A stretch of 64,000 bases of DNA from Candidatus Subterrananammoxibius californiae (lineage in GTDB: Bacteria > Planctomycetota > Brocadiia > Brocadiales > Subterrananammoxibiaceae): contig JAURAC010000002.1 of assembly GCA_030586555.1 (NCBI GenBank), positions 64,001-128,000 of the forward strand. Direction: 5' to 3'. The first letter of the stretch is position 1; each line of letters opens with the position of its first letter. Below are positions 10,318-19,892 of this stretch, in pieces. The position numbers and the translations under genes were made by a program. Below the pieces are notes generated by a model. That model ran no database searches and was not told the origin of the DNA. It saw nothing but the letters and a program-made list of their open reading frames with translations.

Positions 10318-10431
10318 ACAAAATGAGCACAGGTTAAATATAACGCATTCACGCTTTAATATTTAGCCTGTGCTCTTTGGGGTTGAAGTGTGTCGAAGAA
10401 AGGAGGAGAAATCACACCTCTTCAACCCCTA
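10318..10431 (-). ncRNA. Candidate small RNA with anti-SD loop
   Basis: TTGCAA-17-TATAAT promoter at 10435-10463, hairpin with loop TTTCTCCTCCTTTCTT, then a terminator-like hairpin (10325-10375) and T-rich tail. Confidence 0.5.
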
Positions 10432-10631
10432 ATGATTATAGCACATTTTTATCATCTTTGCAAATTACCATTTACGTTGGTTCAACCCTGCGTCGTTGTA
10501 GGAGTTTGATTTATCAAACCTGCCTGAGGCGGGTCAAACCCTAATTTATTGGGCACGATACCCCGAACTTGATTCAGGGGTGCCCCTACATTTTTCCGAA
10601 AAAGTGAGTGCATTTAAATTTATAAAATGGT

Positions 10632-11390
10632 ATGATTCGGGTCATGAAGGTATATTTTATTGGCGCAGGACCCGGCGACCCGGAACTTATGACAATAAAA
10701 GGTAAAAAGGCTATTGAGCAGGCTGGTTACTGCATCTACGCAGGCTCGCTTGTTAGTAAAGAGATATTGCATTATGCACGTCCAGACGCAAAGCTTTACG
10801 ATTCCTCAAGGATGCCGTTAGAAGAACAACTCTCCATTATAGCGCAAGCAAAGAGCGTAAACGAAGACGTGGCAAGGATACACTCTGGCGACCCTACGAT
10901 TTATGGGGCAATTCAGGAACAGATGCGTACCCTTGATGAAATGGGCATCACGTACGAGGTTATCCCCGGCGTTAGTTCCTTTACAGCCTCGGCAGCGGCG
11001 CTTAAACAGGAGTTGACCCTTCCGGGCGTCTCCCAGACAATAATTCTTACAAGATTAGAAGGGAATACGCCTGTGCCAGAAGATGAATCGCTCGATAAGC
11101 TCGCCGCTTCAAAAGCCACGATGTGCATATTTCTGAGCGCTGACCGTATTATGGACGTAGCCTCAAAGCTTATACCATCCTACGGCGCAGACTGTCCTGC
11201 TGCCATTGTATATAAGGCAAGCTCCAAAGATGAAAGGATTATTCGGTCATCCCTTTCTCAAATATCTGAAAAGGTTGCGCAGAGCGGCATTAAGAAGACT
11301 GCATTAATAATAGTTGGGCAGGTGCTGGAAAAAAATTTTGATAGGTCGAAACTTTATAGTAAGGAATTTATAAATGAAAATAAGTCATAA
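10632..11390 (+). CDS. cobM: Precorrin-4 C11-methyltransferase
   Basis: FIGAGPGDPEL, YAGSLV, RIHSGDPTIYGAIQEQ, ELTLPGVSQTIILTR, RSKLY. Confidence 0.95.
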   Translation: MIRVMKVYFIGAGPGDPELMTIKGKKAIEQAGYCIYAGSLVSKEILHYARPDAKLYDSSRMPLEEQLSIIAQAKSVNEDVARIHSGDPTIYGAIQEQMRTLDEMGITYEVIPGVSSFTASAAALKQELTLPGVSQTIILTRLEGNTPVPEDESLDKLAASKATMCIFLSADRIMDVASKLIPSYGADCPAAIVYKASSKDERIIRSSLSQISEKVAQSGIKKTALIIVGQVLEKNFDRSKLYSKEFINENKS

Positions 11391-12495
11391 GTTATGGGTT
11401 ATGGGTTATAGGTCGTGGGTCATTGGGTTATTGGTTATTTTTTTACCTGTCACCTATTACCTATTGCCTACCACCCAAATTACACATGCGCAAGAACCCG
11501 ACGGAAAGAAAGGGGTAAGAATTGTTACTGCGGTCCCCGTCAAGGTGCAGGACGTAGATTATGAGGTCGAAATTACAGGAACAATGCTTCCGGAAAATGA
11601 CGTTGACGTAAGCGCAGAGGTCGAGGCAAGGATTAAGGGTATTCGCTTTGAAGAAGGCGACAAGGTTAAAGAGGGAGATTTGTTAGTAGAACTCGATGAT
11701 GAAAGGTATCGGCTTGAGGTATTAGAGAGTGAAGCAGCGATGAAAAAGACAGAAGCAGATTTGGAAAATGCCCGGAAAATAGAGGCAAGAAAGAAAAAGC
11801 TCTATCAAGATAACGTTATCTCCAATCAGGAATATGACGATGCAGTAACACAGCTACACGTAGCCAAGGCAACCCTTGAAAACGCCATCGCTACATTGAA
11901 CTTAAAGAAAAAAGACCTTAAGGACACAAAGATATTTGCCCCCATTTCAGGGATTATAAGTGAAAAAATTGTTGACGTTGGAGAGTACGTCGAGGTAGCT
12001 GATAAGCTTTTAAACATTGTCAAGATTAACCCAATAAAAGCATTATTTTATCTACCAGAAAAATATGCCGCTGAGGTTGTGCCAGGGAAAACCGCCACGA
12101 TGAGGATTGATGCCTACCCAAATGAAGTGTTCACAGGAGAGGTCTATTTTGTTAATCCCAAGGTAAAGGTCGAAACCCGCCGCATTGCCTGCTGCGCCCG
12201 CATTGACAATCCTGAAGGGAAGCTAATGCCGGGGTTCTTTGTTAGTGCACGATTTGTCGCCGAAAGGCTAAAGGATGCCATTATTATCCCCGAAGAAGCT
12301 ATACTCCATGAAGGTGGCGCAAGCTTCTGTTTTATAGTCGAGGATGGAATAGCAAAGCAGGTGTACCTTACAATCGGCTGGAGACTAAAAGGCGGCGAGG
12401 TGGTAATACTGAAGGGATTAACAAAAGAAAACCGTGTAGTCATAAGAGGACAGTACGTCCTTACGGATGGCGACTTAGTTAAAATGGAAGAATAA
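11374..12495 (+). CDS. RND efflux periplasmic adaptor (MFP)
   Basis: Lipoyl-like EEGDKVKEGDLL, coiled coil, IFAPISG, LMPG; precedes RND permease. Confidence 0.92.
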   Translation: MKISHKLWVMGYRSWVIGLLVIFLPVTYYLLPTTQITHAQEPDGKKGVRIVTAVPVKVQDVDYEVEITGTMLPENDVDVSAEVEARIKGIRFEEGDKVKEGDLLVELDDERYRLEVLESEAAMKKTEADLENARKIEARKKKLYQDNVISNQEYDDAVTQLHVAKATLENAIATLNLKKKDLKDTKIFAPISGIISEKIVDVGEYVEVADKLLNIVKINPIKALFYLPEKYAAEVVPGKTATMRIDAYPNEVFTGEVYFVNPKVKVETRRIACCARIDNPEGKLMPGFFVSARFVAERLKDAIIIPEEAILHEGGASFCFIVEDGIAKQVYLTIGWRLKGGEVVILKGLTKENRVVIRGQYVLTDGDLVKMEE

Positions 12496-12565
12496 AATTT
12501 GAGCTCATAGCTAATAGCTATGAGCTACGAGCTATGACCCCGTATTTAATACGGGGTGAGCTATT

Positions 12566-15500
12566 ATGTTTCTACCTGAACTATCAATAAAAAAGCCCAT
12601 CTTCTGCACAATGATGATAGCCACTATTGTTGTCTTTGGCGTCCTTGGCTACCAGAGACTCGGTGTAGATGAATATCCTAAGGTTGACTATCCCTACGTT
12701 ACCGTTACCACAACCCTTCGTGGCGCAAGTCCTGAGGTAATGGATGCGGATGTGACTGACCCTATTGAGGAGGAGATTAATACAATTCAGGGTATTAGAA
12801 ACCTTACCTCTGCAAGTTCAGAAGGCGTGTCAGTTGTAACTGTTGAATTTGAACTCGACAGGGATATTGATGCCGCTGCGCAGGATGTAAGGGATAAGGT
12901 TTCAGTTGCAAGGGGTAAACTACCGAAGGATATAGACCCTCCCGTTGTGGACAAGGAGGACCCCCAGGCGCAGCCTATAATGTGGCTTGCCGTATCGGGC
13001 AACAGACCCCTCAGGGAGATAAGCGACTATGCCCATTACGACCTTAAACCAAAATTTGAGGTGCTCACGGGAGTCGGTTCCATACGGGAAGGTGGTATAC
13101 GACAAAGGGCAATAAGAATCTGGCTTGAGGTAAATAAGTTAGAGGCATTTCAGGTTACAGTCAGCGATGTTATTGAAGCCCTTCAAAAAAAACACATAGA
13201 AGTACCCTCGGGAAGGATTGAAAGCTCGGCAATAGAATTTTCTGTAAAAACCGAAGGGGAATTTTCAACCGCTGAGGCTTTTAACGACCTGATAATAGTT
13301 TATCGAGAAGGGGCGCCTGTTAAATTATCTGACGTTGGCTATGCCGAGGACGGCATGGAGGATAAAAGGCTTGTCGCTCGTTACCGTGAAACGCCCGGCG
13401 TTATTGAACCTGCTGTGGGGCTTGGGATTAAACGTCAATCCGACGCTAACACCGTCGCAGTGGCAGACGGGGTAAAAAAGGTCTTTGCTGACATTAGGAA
13501 GAGACTACGCGCAGGCATCCGTCTGGATATAGCAATGGATGTTTCACGTTTCATCATAGAATCCATTAAGGAGGTTCAATTTGCAATTATTCTCGGCAGT
13601 ATTCTTGCAAGCGTAGTTGTTCTGTTCTTCCTGAGAAATTTACGCAGCACATTTATTATAGCCCTTGCAATTCCAACATCGTTTCTCGGCACCTTTGCCG
13701 CAATGTATTTCCTTGGATTTACGCTCAACAATATGACTCTTCTTGCCCTGAGTCTTGCCGTAGGGGAGGTTGTGGACGATGCTATTATTGTACTTGAAAA
13801 TTCATTCCGACATCTCGAGGAAGGTGAAGATAGGCTTACCGCTTCACGAAGCGGCATCAGTGAGATTGTTTTTGCAGTCATAACATCAACGGTTGCCCTG
13901 GTTGCAGTATTTGTACCCATAGCCTTCATGAAGGGTATTGTAGGTAGATTCTTCCTTGAGTTTGGTCTTACCATCTCAATAGCTTTAATATTTTCCATGT
14001 TTGTAGCGCTTACCCTTACCCCGATGCTGTGCTCAAGGTGGTTGAGGCTCCCAAAAAAAGAAAGAAAGGTATTCAAGTTGTCAGAAAGCATGTTTTTGCG
14101 TACAGAATCAATTTATAGGCGTACATTGGAAATAGCGTTACGTCACCGCTTTCTGGTTGTCGTCATAGCAGTAGCAAGCTTTGCGGTTGCCATGGTAACG
14201 TGGCGGTCACTTGGCAAGGAATTAGTCCCCTCGGAAGACCAGAGCCAGTTCATGGTTGTCATAAAGACTCCTGTAGGTTCTTCCATAGATTATACAGACA
14301 GCATCCTTCATAAGTGTGAAGGGGTCATGGACGGACTGCCAGAGATACGGTCTTTCTTTGCTGCCTCTGGATTTGGCGGTGTGAATAAAGGCGTTATGTT
14401 CGTACACATGACCCCAAAGAATGAACGTACACGCACACAGCAAGAGGTTATGAATTACTTAAGGGGCAGGTTCGCACAGATACCAGGGGCATTAATCTTT
14501 CCACTTGATTTAACTCGGACTTTTGGCGCACGGCGCGGTGCGCCGCTTGAATTTTCGATAGCAGGACCAGACCTCAACACCCTCGCACGACTAACGGAGA
14601 CGTTTATACGAAGGTTGTCCTCAATACCGGGCATAATAGATGTTGATACAGACCTCGAACTGGGGCGTCCAGAGGTAAGAGCCTGTATTGACCGAAATAA
14701 GGCTGCTGATTTAGGCATTGACGTGGCTACAATTGGCAATACCATACGTGCATTGGTTGGGGGCCTCGATGTGGTAAAGTTTAAGAGCGAAGGGAAAAGG
14801 TACGACGTAATTGTCAGACTGGTTCGGGAAGAGAGGGATGTACCTTTTGATATTAGTCGTCTTTTAACACGTAATCTGGATGGGAATATTATTTCGCTTA
14901 GTGACATGGTGGACATCAAGGAAACAGTAGGACTAAATACTATAAACAGACGCAACCGCCAGCGGTCTGCAACCATTTCTGCCAACCTTGAACCCACTAA
15001 GCCGCTCGGGACTGCTTTAATGGATATAAACAAGCTTGTAGAAGAAATCCTTCCACAAGACTATACACTGTCCTTATCCGGCAAGGCTGAAACATTCAGA
15101 GAATCCTACACGAGTTTGCTTTTTGCCCTCTTTTTATCAATCATCATCTCGTATATTGTGCTCGCATCGCTTTTTGAAAGCTTTTTACACCCATTCACCG
15201 TGATGTTAGCGGTTCCATTAAGTATCTTCGGGGCATTTGGAATCCTGTGGCTGACTGGCAATACCATTAACGTTTTTAGTATGATTGGCGTCATCCTGCT
15301 TATGGGACTTGTTACAAAGAATTCAATACTCCTCGTTGATTACACGAATACGTTACGAAAACGCGGGCTTGAGAGAAACGATGCAGTGCTTACAGCCTCT
15401 CCAATTAGGCTAAGGCCTATACTCATGACAGCCATCTCAACAATTTTAGGGGTGCTTCCAGTTGCATTGGGTATCGGGCCCGGCGCCGAGAGCAGGGCTC

Positions 15501-15673
15501 CGATGGCAATTGCAACGGCAGGTGGCATGTTTGCCTCCATGATGCTTACCCTGATAGTTGTCCCTGTATTTTACACCCTTTTTGATGACTTCGTTAACAA
15601 GGTATTCCGCCGTGCCAGAAAAAAAACTCCTGTGGTAAGAGAGAAAAATCGGGAAGAGGTCTATGCAAAATAA
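12566..15673 (+). CDS. RND efflux permease (AcrB/MdtC family)
   Basis: 1035 aa; VVDDAIIVLEN, GLVTKNSILLVD, RLRPILMT. Confidence 0.95.
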   Translation: MFLPELSIKKPIFCTMMIATIVVFGVLGYQRLGVDEYPKVDYPYVTVTTTLRGASPEVMDADVTDPIEEEINTIQGIRNLTSASSEGVSVVTVEFELDRDIDAAAQDVRDKVSVARGKLPKDIDPPVVDKEDPQAQPIMWLAVSGNRPLREISDYAHYDLKPKFEVLTGVGSIREGGIRQRAIRIWLEVNKLEAFQVTVSDVIEALQKKHIEVPSGRIESSAIEFSVKTEGEFSTAEAFNDLIIVYREGAPVKLSDVGYAEDGMEDKRLVARYRETPGVIEPAVGLGIKRQSDANTVAVADGVKKVFADIRKRLRAGIRLDIAMDVSRFIIESIKEVQFAIILGSILASVVVLFFLRNLRSTFIIALAIPTSFLGTFAAMYFLGFTLNNMTLLALSLAVGEVVDDAIIVLENSFRHLEEGEDRLTASRSGISEIVFAVITSTVALVAVFVPIAFMKGIVGRFFLEFGLTISIALIFSMFVALTLTPMLCSRWLRLPKKERKVFKLSESMFLRTESIYRRTLEIALRHRFLVVVIAVASFAVAMVTWRSLGKELVPSEDQSQFMVVIKTPVGSSIDYTDSILHKCEGVMDGLPEIRSFFAASGFGGVNKGVMFVHMTPKNERTRTQQEVMNYLRGRFAQIPGALIFPLDLTRTFGARRGAPLEFSIAGPDLNTLARLTETFIRRLSSIPGIIDVDTDLELGRPEVRACIDRNKAADLGIDVATIGNTIRALVGGLDVVKFKSEGKRYDVIVRLVREERDVPFDISRLLTRNLDGNIISLSDMVDIKETVGLNTINRRNRQRSATISANLEPTKPLGTALMDINKLVEEILPQDYTLSLSGKAETFRESYTSLLFALFLSIIISYIVLASLFESFLHPFTVMLAVPLSIFGAFGILWLTGNTINVFSMIGVILLMGLVTKNSILLVDYTNTLRKRGLERNDAVLTASPIRLRPILMTAISTILGVLPVALGIGPGAESRAPMAIATAGGMFASMMLTLIVVPVFYTLFDDFVNKVFRRARKKTPVVREKNREEVYAK

Positions 15674-15895
15674 ATAGAAGGGTAAAACCTCCCCTTTAAC
15701 CCCTCCCTGCCAAGCCCGCCTGCCATCTGCCATGCCATGTCGGCATGACGTGGTCGGGCAGGGAGGGGGTTGAGGGGTGGTTGTTTTACCCCCATTAAGC
15801 ACGGACAAACGAGTTTGTCCATGCCACCCTTCAGCCCTCAGCTCTCAGCCTTACTTATATGCACACAAAATTCACACCATTTTTCTTCTCGCTAA

Positions 15896-18403
15896 CTACT
15901 TACACTGGAAATTATTGTCGTCTTCCTTACTACCTCCAGTAACATTTACGATTTTTTTACCTCCGCCTTTACAACCCTTTACCTTTATGCTGTATGTCCC
16001 ATCCTCAAGGTTAGTGAAGCGATAACAACCATCGTTACCCGTTATAACATTTATTTTTATCTTCGGTTTTGGGAACGTCCTTTTTAACTGCACAGTTTTT
16101 CTTGCAAGTGGCTGACCGGCGAGATTTTTAACTGTGCCAGATATACAACCCGCAGGTGGAATACCATCATCAGGACACAGGCATGGAACGGTTGTTGGTG
16201 TTGTTGTCGGTGTCGTTGTTGGCGTTGTTGTTGGTGTCGTTGTTGGCGTCGTTGTGGGTGTCGTTGTTGGTGTCGTTGTTGGCGTAGTTGTGGGTGTCGT
16301 TGTCGTTGTTGTGGCTGAGGTACAAATGCCCATTTCGACGTTTATTATCTGAAGATTACTCATGTTGCTATAATAATCTTGGTATTCACCAGGACCCACA
16401 TATTCCGTGTTTGATACTACGTATACAGTCGTGCCTGATACATAGACGCCATATGCGTCGAATGGCGTATCAAGATTACTAAGTTGCGTATCATAATTAT
16501 CAAGTAATGTTGGGCTTGTGGGGTTTGAGACGTCTATTATCTGAAGACCACTGTACACATCAGCCACGTATGCAGTCGTGCCTGATACATAGACGCTATT
16601 TGCATAGCCTGGCGTATTATAATTACTGAGTAATGTAGGGCTTGCAGGGTTTGAGACGTTTATTAGCTGAAGACCACTCGCGTCGTCAGCCACGTATGCA
16701 GTCGTGCCTGAGACATAGACGCCACGTGCATAGCCTGTCGTATTATAATTACCGAGTAATGTAGGGCTTGCAGGGTTTGTGACGTTTATTATCTGAAGAC
16801 CACTGGAGCCATCAGCCACGTATGCGGTCGTGCCTGAGACATAGACGCCAAATGCATTGCCTGGTGTATTATAATTACCGAGTAATGAAGGGCTTGCAGG
16901 GTTTGTGACGTTTATTAGCTGAAGACCACTGTCGCCGTCAGCCACGTATGCAGTCGTGCCTGAGACATAGACGCCCCGTGCAACGCCTGCCCCAGCCCCA
17001 TTATCATAACTACCGAGTAATGAAGGGAATAGAGGGTTTGTGACGTCTATTATCTTAAGACCACCAGTATAATAAGAGTAATCCGAGTTGTAATGCCCAT
17101 AAGCCACGTATGCAGTCGTGCCTGAGACATAGACGCCATTTGCATCGCTATCAATACCGAGTGTATAATTACCGAGTATATAACTACCGAGTAATGTAGG
17201 GCTTGCAGGGTTTGAGACGTTTATTATCCGAAGACCACTGGAGCCATCACCCACGTATGCAGTCGTGCCTGAGACATAGACACAGACGCTATGTTCAATG
17301 CCTGGCACCCATGGCGTAGGTGGTGTTACAAGCGGATCACCTGGTATATCATAATTACCAAGTAATGTTAATGTAGGGCTTGCAGGGTTTGTGACGTTTA
17401 TTATCTGAAGACCACTGGAGCCATCAGCCACGTATGCCGTACTGCCTGATACATAGACGCTATTTGCACTGTCTGGCGTATCATAACTATCAAGTAATGT
17501 TGGGCTTGCGGGGTTTGATACGTTTATTATCTGAAGCCCACTGGTGTCATCAGCCAGGTATGCAGTCGTGCCTGAGACATAGACGTCATATGCAATGCCT
17601 GGCGTATTATAATTACCGAGTAATGAAGGGCTTGCAGGGTTTGTGACGTTTATTAGCTGAAGACCACTCGTGCTATCAGCCACATATGCCGTACTGCCTG
17701 ATACATAGACGCTCCATGCATAGCCTGGCGTATTATAATTACCGAGTAATGAAGGGCTTGTAGGGTTTGTGACGTTTATTATCTGAAGACCACTGTAGCC
17801 GTCAGCCACGTATGCCGTACTGCCTGATACATAGACGCTATTTGCACTGCCTGTCGTATTATAATTACCGAGTAATGAAGGGCTTGTAGGGTTTGTGACG
17901 TTTATTATCTGAAGACCACTGTTACCATCAGCCAGGTATGCAGTCGTGCCTGAGACATAGACGCCAAGTGCATAGTCTGTCGTACTATAATTACCGAGTA
18001 ATGTGGGGCTTCCAGGGTTTGTGACGTTTATTATCTGAAGACCACTGTCGCCGTCAGCCACGTATGCAGTCGTGCCTGAGACATAGACGCCACATGCTTC
18101 GCCTGTCGTAATATAATTACCGAGTAGTGCGGGGATTGCAGGGTTTGTGACGTTTATTATCTGAAGACCACTGGAGTCATCAGCCACGAATGCAGTCGTG
18201 CCAGAGACATAGACGTTATATGCATAGCCTGGCGTATTATAATTACCGAGTAATGTAGGGCAGGTGGCAAGGGCAAGTCCGCCAGAGGTAGATATGGTGA
18301 AAAGGAACAAAAAGGCGAAAATAAGAGAACGGGTTAGTTTGTGTGTGTAAATAACAGGTGATAGGTTATAGGTAACAGGTGATAGGAAAGATAAGAGCTT
18401 CAT
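15896..18403 (-). CDS. Secreted LVIVD-repeat beta-propeller protein with (TTTP)n linker and C-terminal beta-sandwich
   Basis: Signal peptide; 14 repeats of about 43 aa (VYVSGTTAYVAD..GLQIINV.NP..P.LLG.Y); TTTP linker; ISGTV..TGNDGCYRFTNLEDGTYSI domain. Confidence 0.85.
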   Translation of the reverse strand: MKLLSFLSPVTYNLSPVIYTHKLTRSLIFAFLFLFTISTSGGLALATCPTLLGNYNTPGYAYNVYVSGTTAFVADDSSGLQIINVTNPAIPALLGNYITTGEACGVYVSGTTAYVADGDSGLQIINVTNPGSPTLLGNYSTTDYALGVYVSGTTAYLADGNSGLQIINVTNPTSPSLLGNYNTTGSANSVYVSGSTAYVADGYSGLQIINVTNPTSPSLLGNYNTPGYAWSVYVSGSTAYVADSTSGLQLINVTNPASPSLLGNYNTPGIAYDVYVSGTTAYLADDTSGLQIINVSNPASPTLLDSYDTPDSANSVYVSGSTAYVADGSSGLQIINVTNPASPTLTLLGNYDIPGDPLVTPPTPWVPGIEHSVCVYVSGTTAYVGDGSSGLRIINVSNPASPTLLGSYILGNYTLGIDSDANGVYVSGTTAYVAYGHYNSDYSYYTGGLKIIDVTNPLFPSLLGSYDNGAGAGVARGVYVSGTTAYVADGDSGLQLINVTNPASPSLLGNYNTPGNAFGVYVSGTTAYVADGSSGLQIINVTNPASPTLLGNYNTTGYARGVYVSGTTAYVADDASGLQLINVSNPASPTLLSNYNTPGYANSVYVSGTTAYVADVYSGLQIIDVSNPTSPTLLDNYDTQLSNLDTPFDAYGVYVSGTTVYVVSNTEYVGPGEYQDYYSNMSNLQIINVEMGICTSATTTTTTPTTTPTTTPTTTPTTTPTTTPTTTPTTTPTTTPTTVPCLCPDDGIPPAGCISGTVKNLAGQPLARKTVQLKRTFPKPKIKINVITGNDGCYRFTNLEDGTYSIKVKGCKGGGKKIVNVTGGSKEDDNNFQCK
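16185..16315 (-). repeat. 12-bp tandem repeat encoding (TTTP)n
   Basis: About 9-10 degenerate copies of ggtgtcgttgtt. Confidence 0.9.
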
Positions 18404-18612
18404 ACTGATTACCTCCTTTATTTATTTTAGGTGATGGGTGATAGATGTTAGGTCATAAGTTATAGGCAAAACGAATGCGGATTCGTCGAGGCGAACCTTC
18501 TTTGCTTTGGTCCATAGTTGACTAAAAGAAGGCTTGGTGTAATAAAGAATATGAGATTGCTTCGGCAAAGCCTCGCAATGACTGGATTGAAAAACAAAAG
18601 ACCTACTCTTTC

Positions 18613-18634
18613 GAGAGAGAGAGAGAGAGAGAGA
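18613..18634. repeat. (GA)11 simple sequence repeat
   Basis: Seen directly. Confidence 0.95.
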
Positions 18635-18820
18635 ATATAAGTACATCGCCAACATTCCTCCCCTTTATTTGTTATGGGTTAATACGGTCGGAAAAAAACT
18701 GTTGGAAAATATACCGAATAAATTTTGCTTTGTCAAGTATTTTTTGAAAATTTTTTATCAGTTCCTCTCCACATTTTCATGGTGACAAGTTTGTAAAAGG
18801 ACTAAGGCGGTTAAGGTAAT

Positions 18821-18848
18821 TTGACAATTCTAAAAAATGTGGTATAAT
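18821..18848 (+). promoter_or_regulatory. Consensus sigma70 promoter
   Basis: TTGACA-16-TATAAT followed by a 13-bp perfect hairpin at 18855-18907. Confidence 0.65.
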
Positions 18849-19142
18849 AAAATTGGAGTTGAAGATAAGTGTGTAGCCAAAAAAGAAGTAATTATATCTT
18901 CAACTCCCAAATATTTCAAATTGCAGCCTCGCCAAAAAGATTGGCGAGTCCGCCTATCGGTTTGGTGGACTTGACAAAAAGGCAAAAAAGGCACGGAGCT
19001 CATTAGAGCTTGAGACGCTAAAAACGTCGTAAGAAAGGTCTTAAAGATGCCTTTTTGTCGGCTGCTTTATGTATAAATTATAAATGTTGAACCTTTTTGC
19101 TAAGGGGGTGAGGAGCGGGAAATGAGTTTGCCAACAATAACT

Positions 19143-19190
19143 GGCCCGTAGTCCGCAGATAAATAGGTGGACTTCGGGCCTTTTTTATTT
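19143..19190 (+). terminator. Intrinsic terminator
   Basis: ggcccg-tagtccgc...gtggact-tcgggcc followed by ttttttattt. Confidence 0.7.
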
Positions 19191-19284
19191 CCTTCTTTTT
19201 TGCTTGACACACCGTATTATTTATAATAACATGCCTGCAAGAGTCAGGAGTTAAGGGTCGGGAGCCGCAAGCCACGACTATCAA

Positions 19285-19794
19285 ATGATTCATCAAAAAA
19301 ACAAACCTTGTACTGAGCGAAGCAAATGTATCGGTTTTACGCTTATAGAGCTAATCATAGTAATGGCAATAGTAGCTATAACATTGGCGGTTTCAATTCC
19401 AAGATTGGGGCCAATTTTTGAGGCCACATCGTTCCGTCGGTTAGTTAATAAGGTAATAGTGTTTCTCAAGGATGCACATGTAGATGCCCTTTCAACGGGC
19501 AAAAAAATATCTGTTGTAGTGGATTTAGAGGATAATAAGCTTACACGGTTCGCCGATGGTGGGGAAGTAGAGACGCAAAATATTGCGTCTCTACAAATGC
19601 CAGATGATGTTGAGATTAGCGTAGAACAGGAAGATAGATTTGAGGACGAAAATATTGAATTTAATTTTTACCCAAACGGCACGGCATCCGGTCCAAGACT
19701 CATCCTGAAAGATACTAATAGGGGGAAGAACGCAATTATCTACCTTGAACCCCTTGCAGGACTTGTACGATACAAGATTGGCATTTCTGAATAG
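19285..19794 (+). CDS. T2SS minor pseudopilin (GspH/FimT-like)
   Basis: G|FTLIELIIV prepilin motif; FYPNGTASG. Confidence 0.85.
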   Translation: MIHQKNKPCTERSKCIGFTLIELIIVMAIVAITLAVSIPRLGPIFEATSFRRLVNKVIVFLKDAHVDALSTGKKISVVVDLEDNKLTRFADGGEVETQNIASLQMPDDVEISVEQEDRFEDENIEFNFYPNGTASGPRLILKDTNRGKNAIIYLEPLAGLVRYKIGISE

Positions 19795-19892
19795 ATGAAA
19801 GGCAGAATACAGAAGACAGGAGTCATAAGCCAGAAGCCACCGAGTTCTGAATTCTGACTCCTGAATTCTGAAGTTTTGATGGAGGATAAATT

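Noticed and set aside
10470..10630. Cobalamin riboswitch upstream of cobM
   Set aside because: No B12-box or core motifs recognised; the region consists of REP-like palindromes
16340..18260. Regular 129-bp repeats as a CRISPR array or DGR template/variable repeats
   Set aside because: They are in-frame coding repeats with no unique spacers, and there are no cas or reverse transcriptase genes in the window
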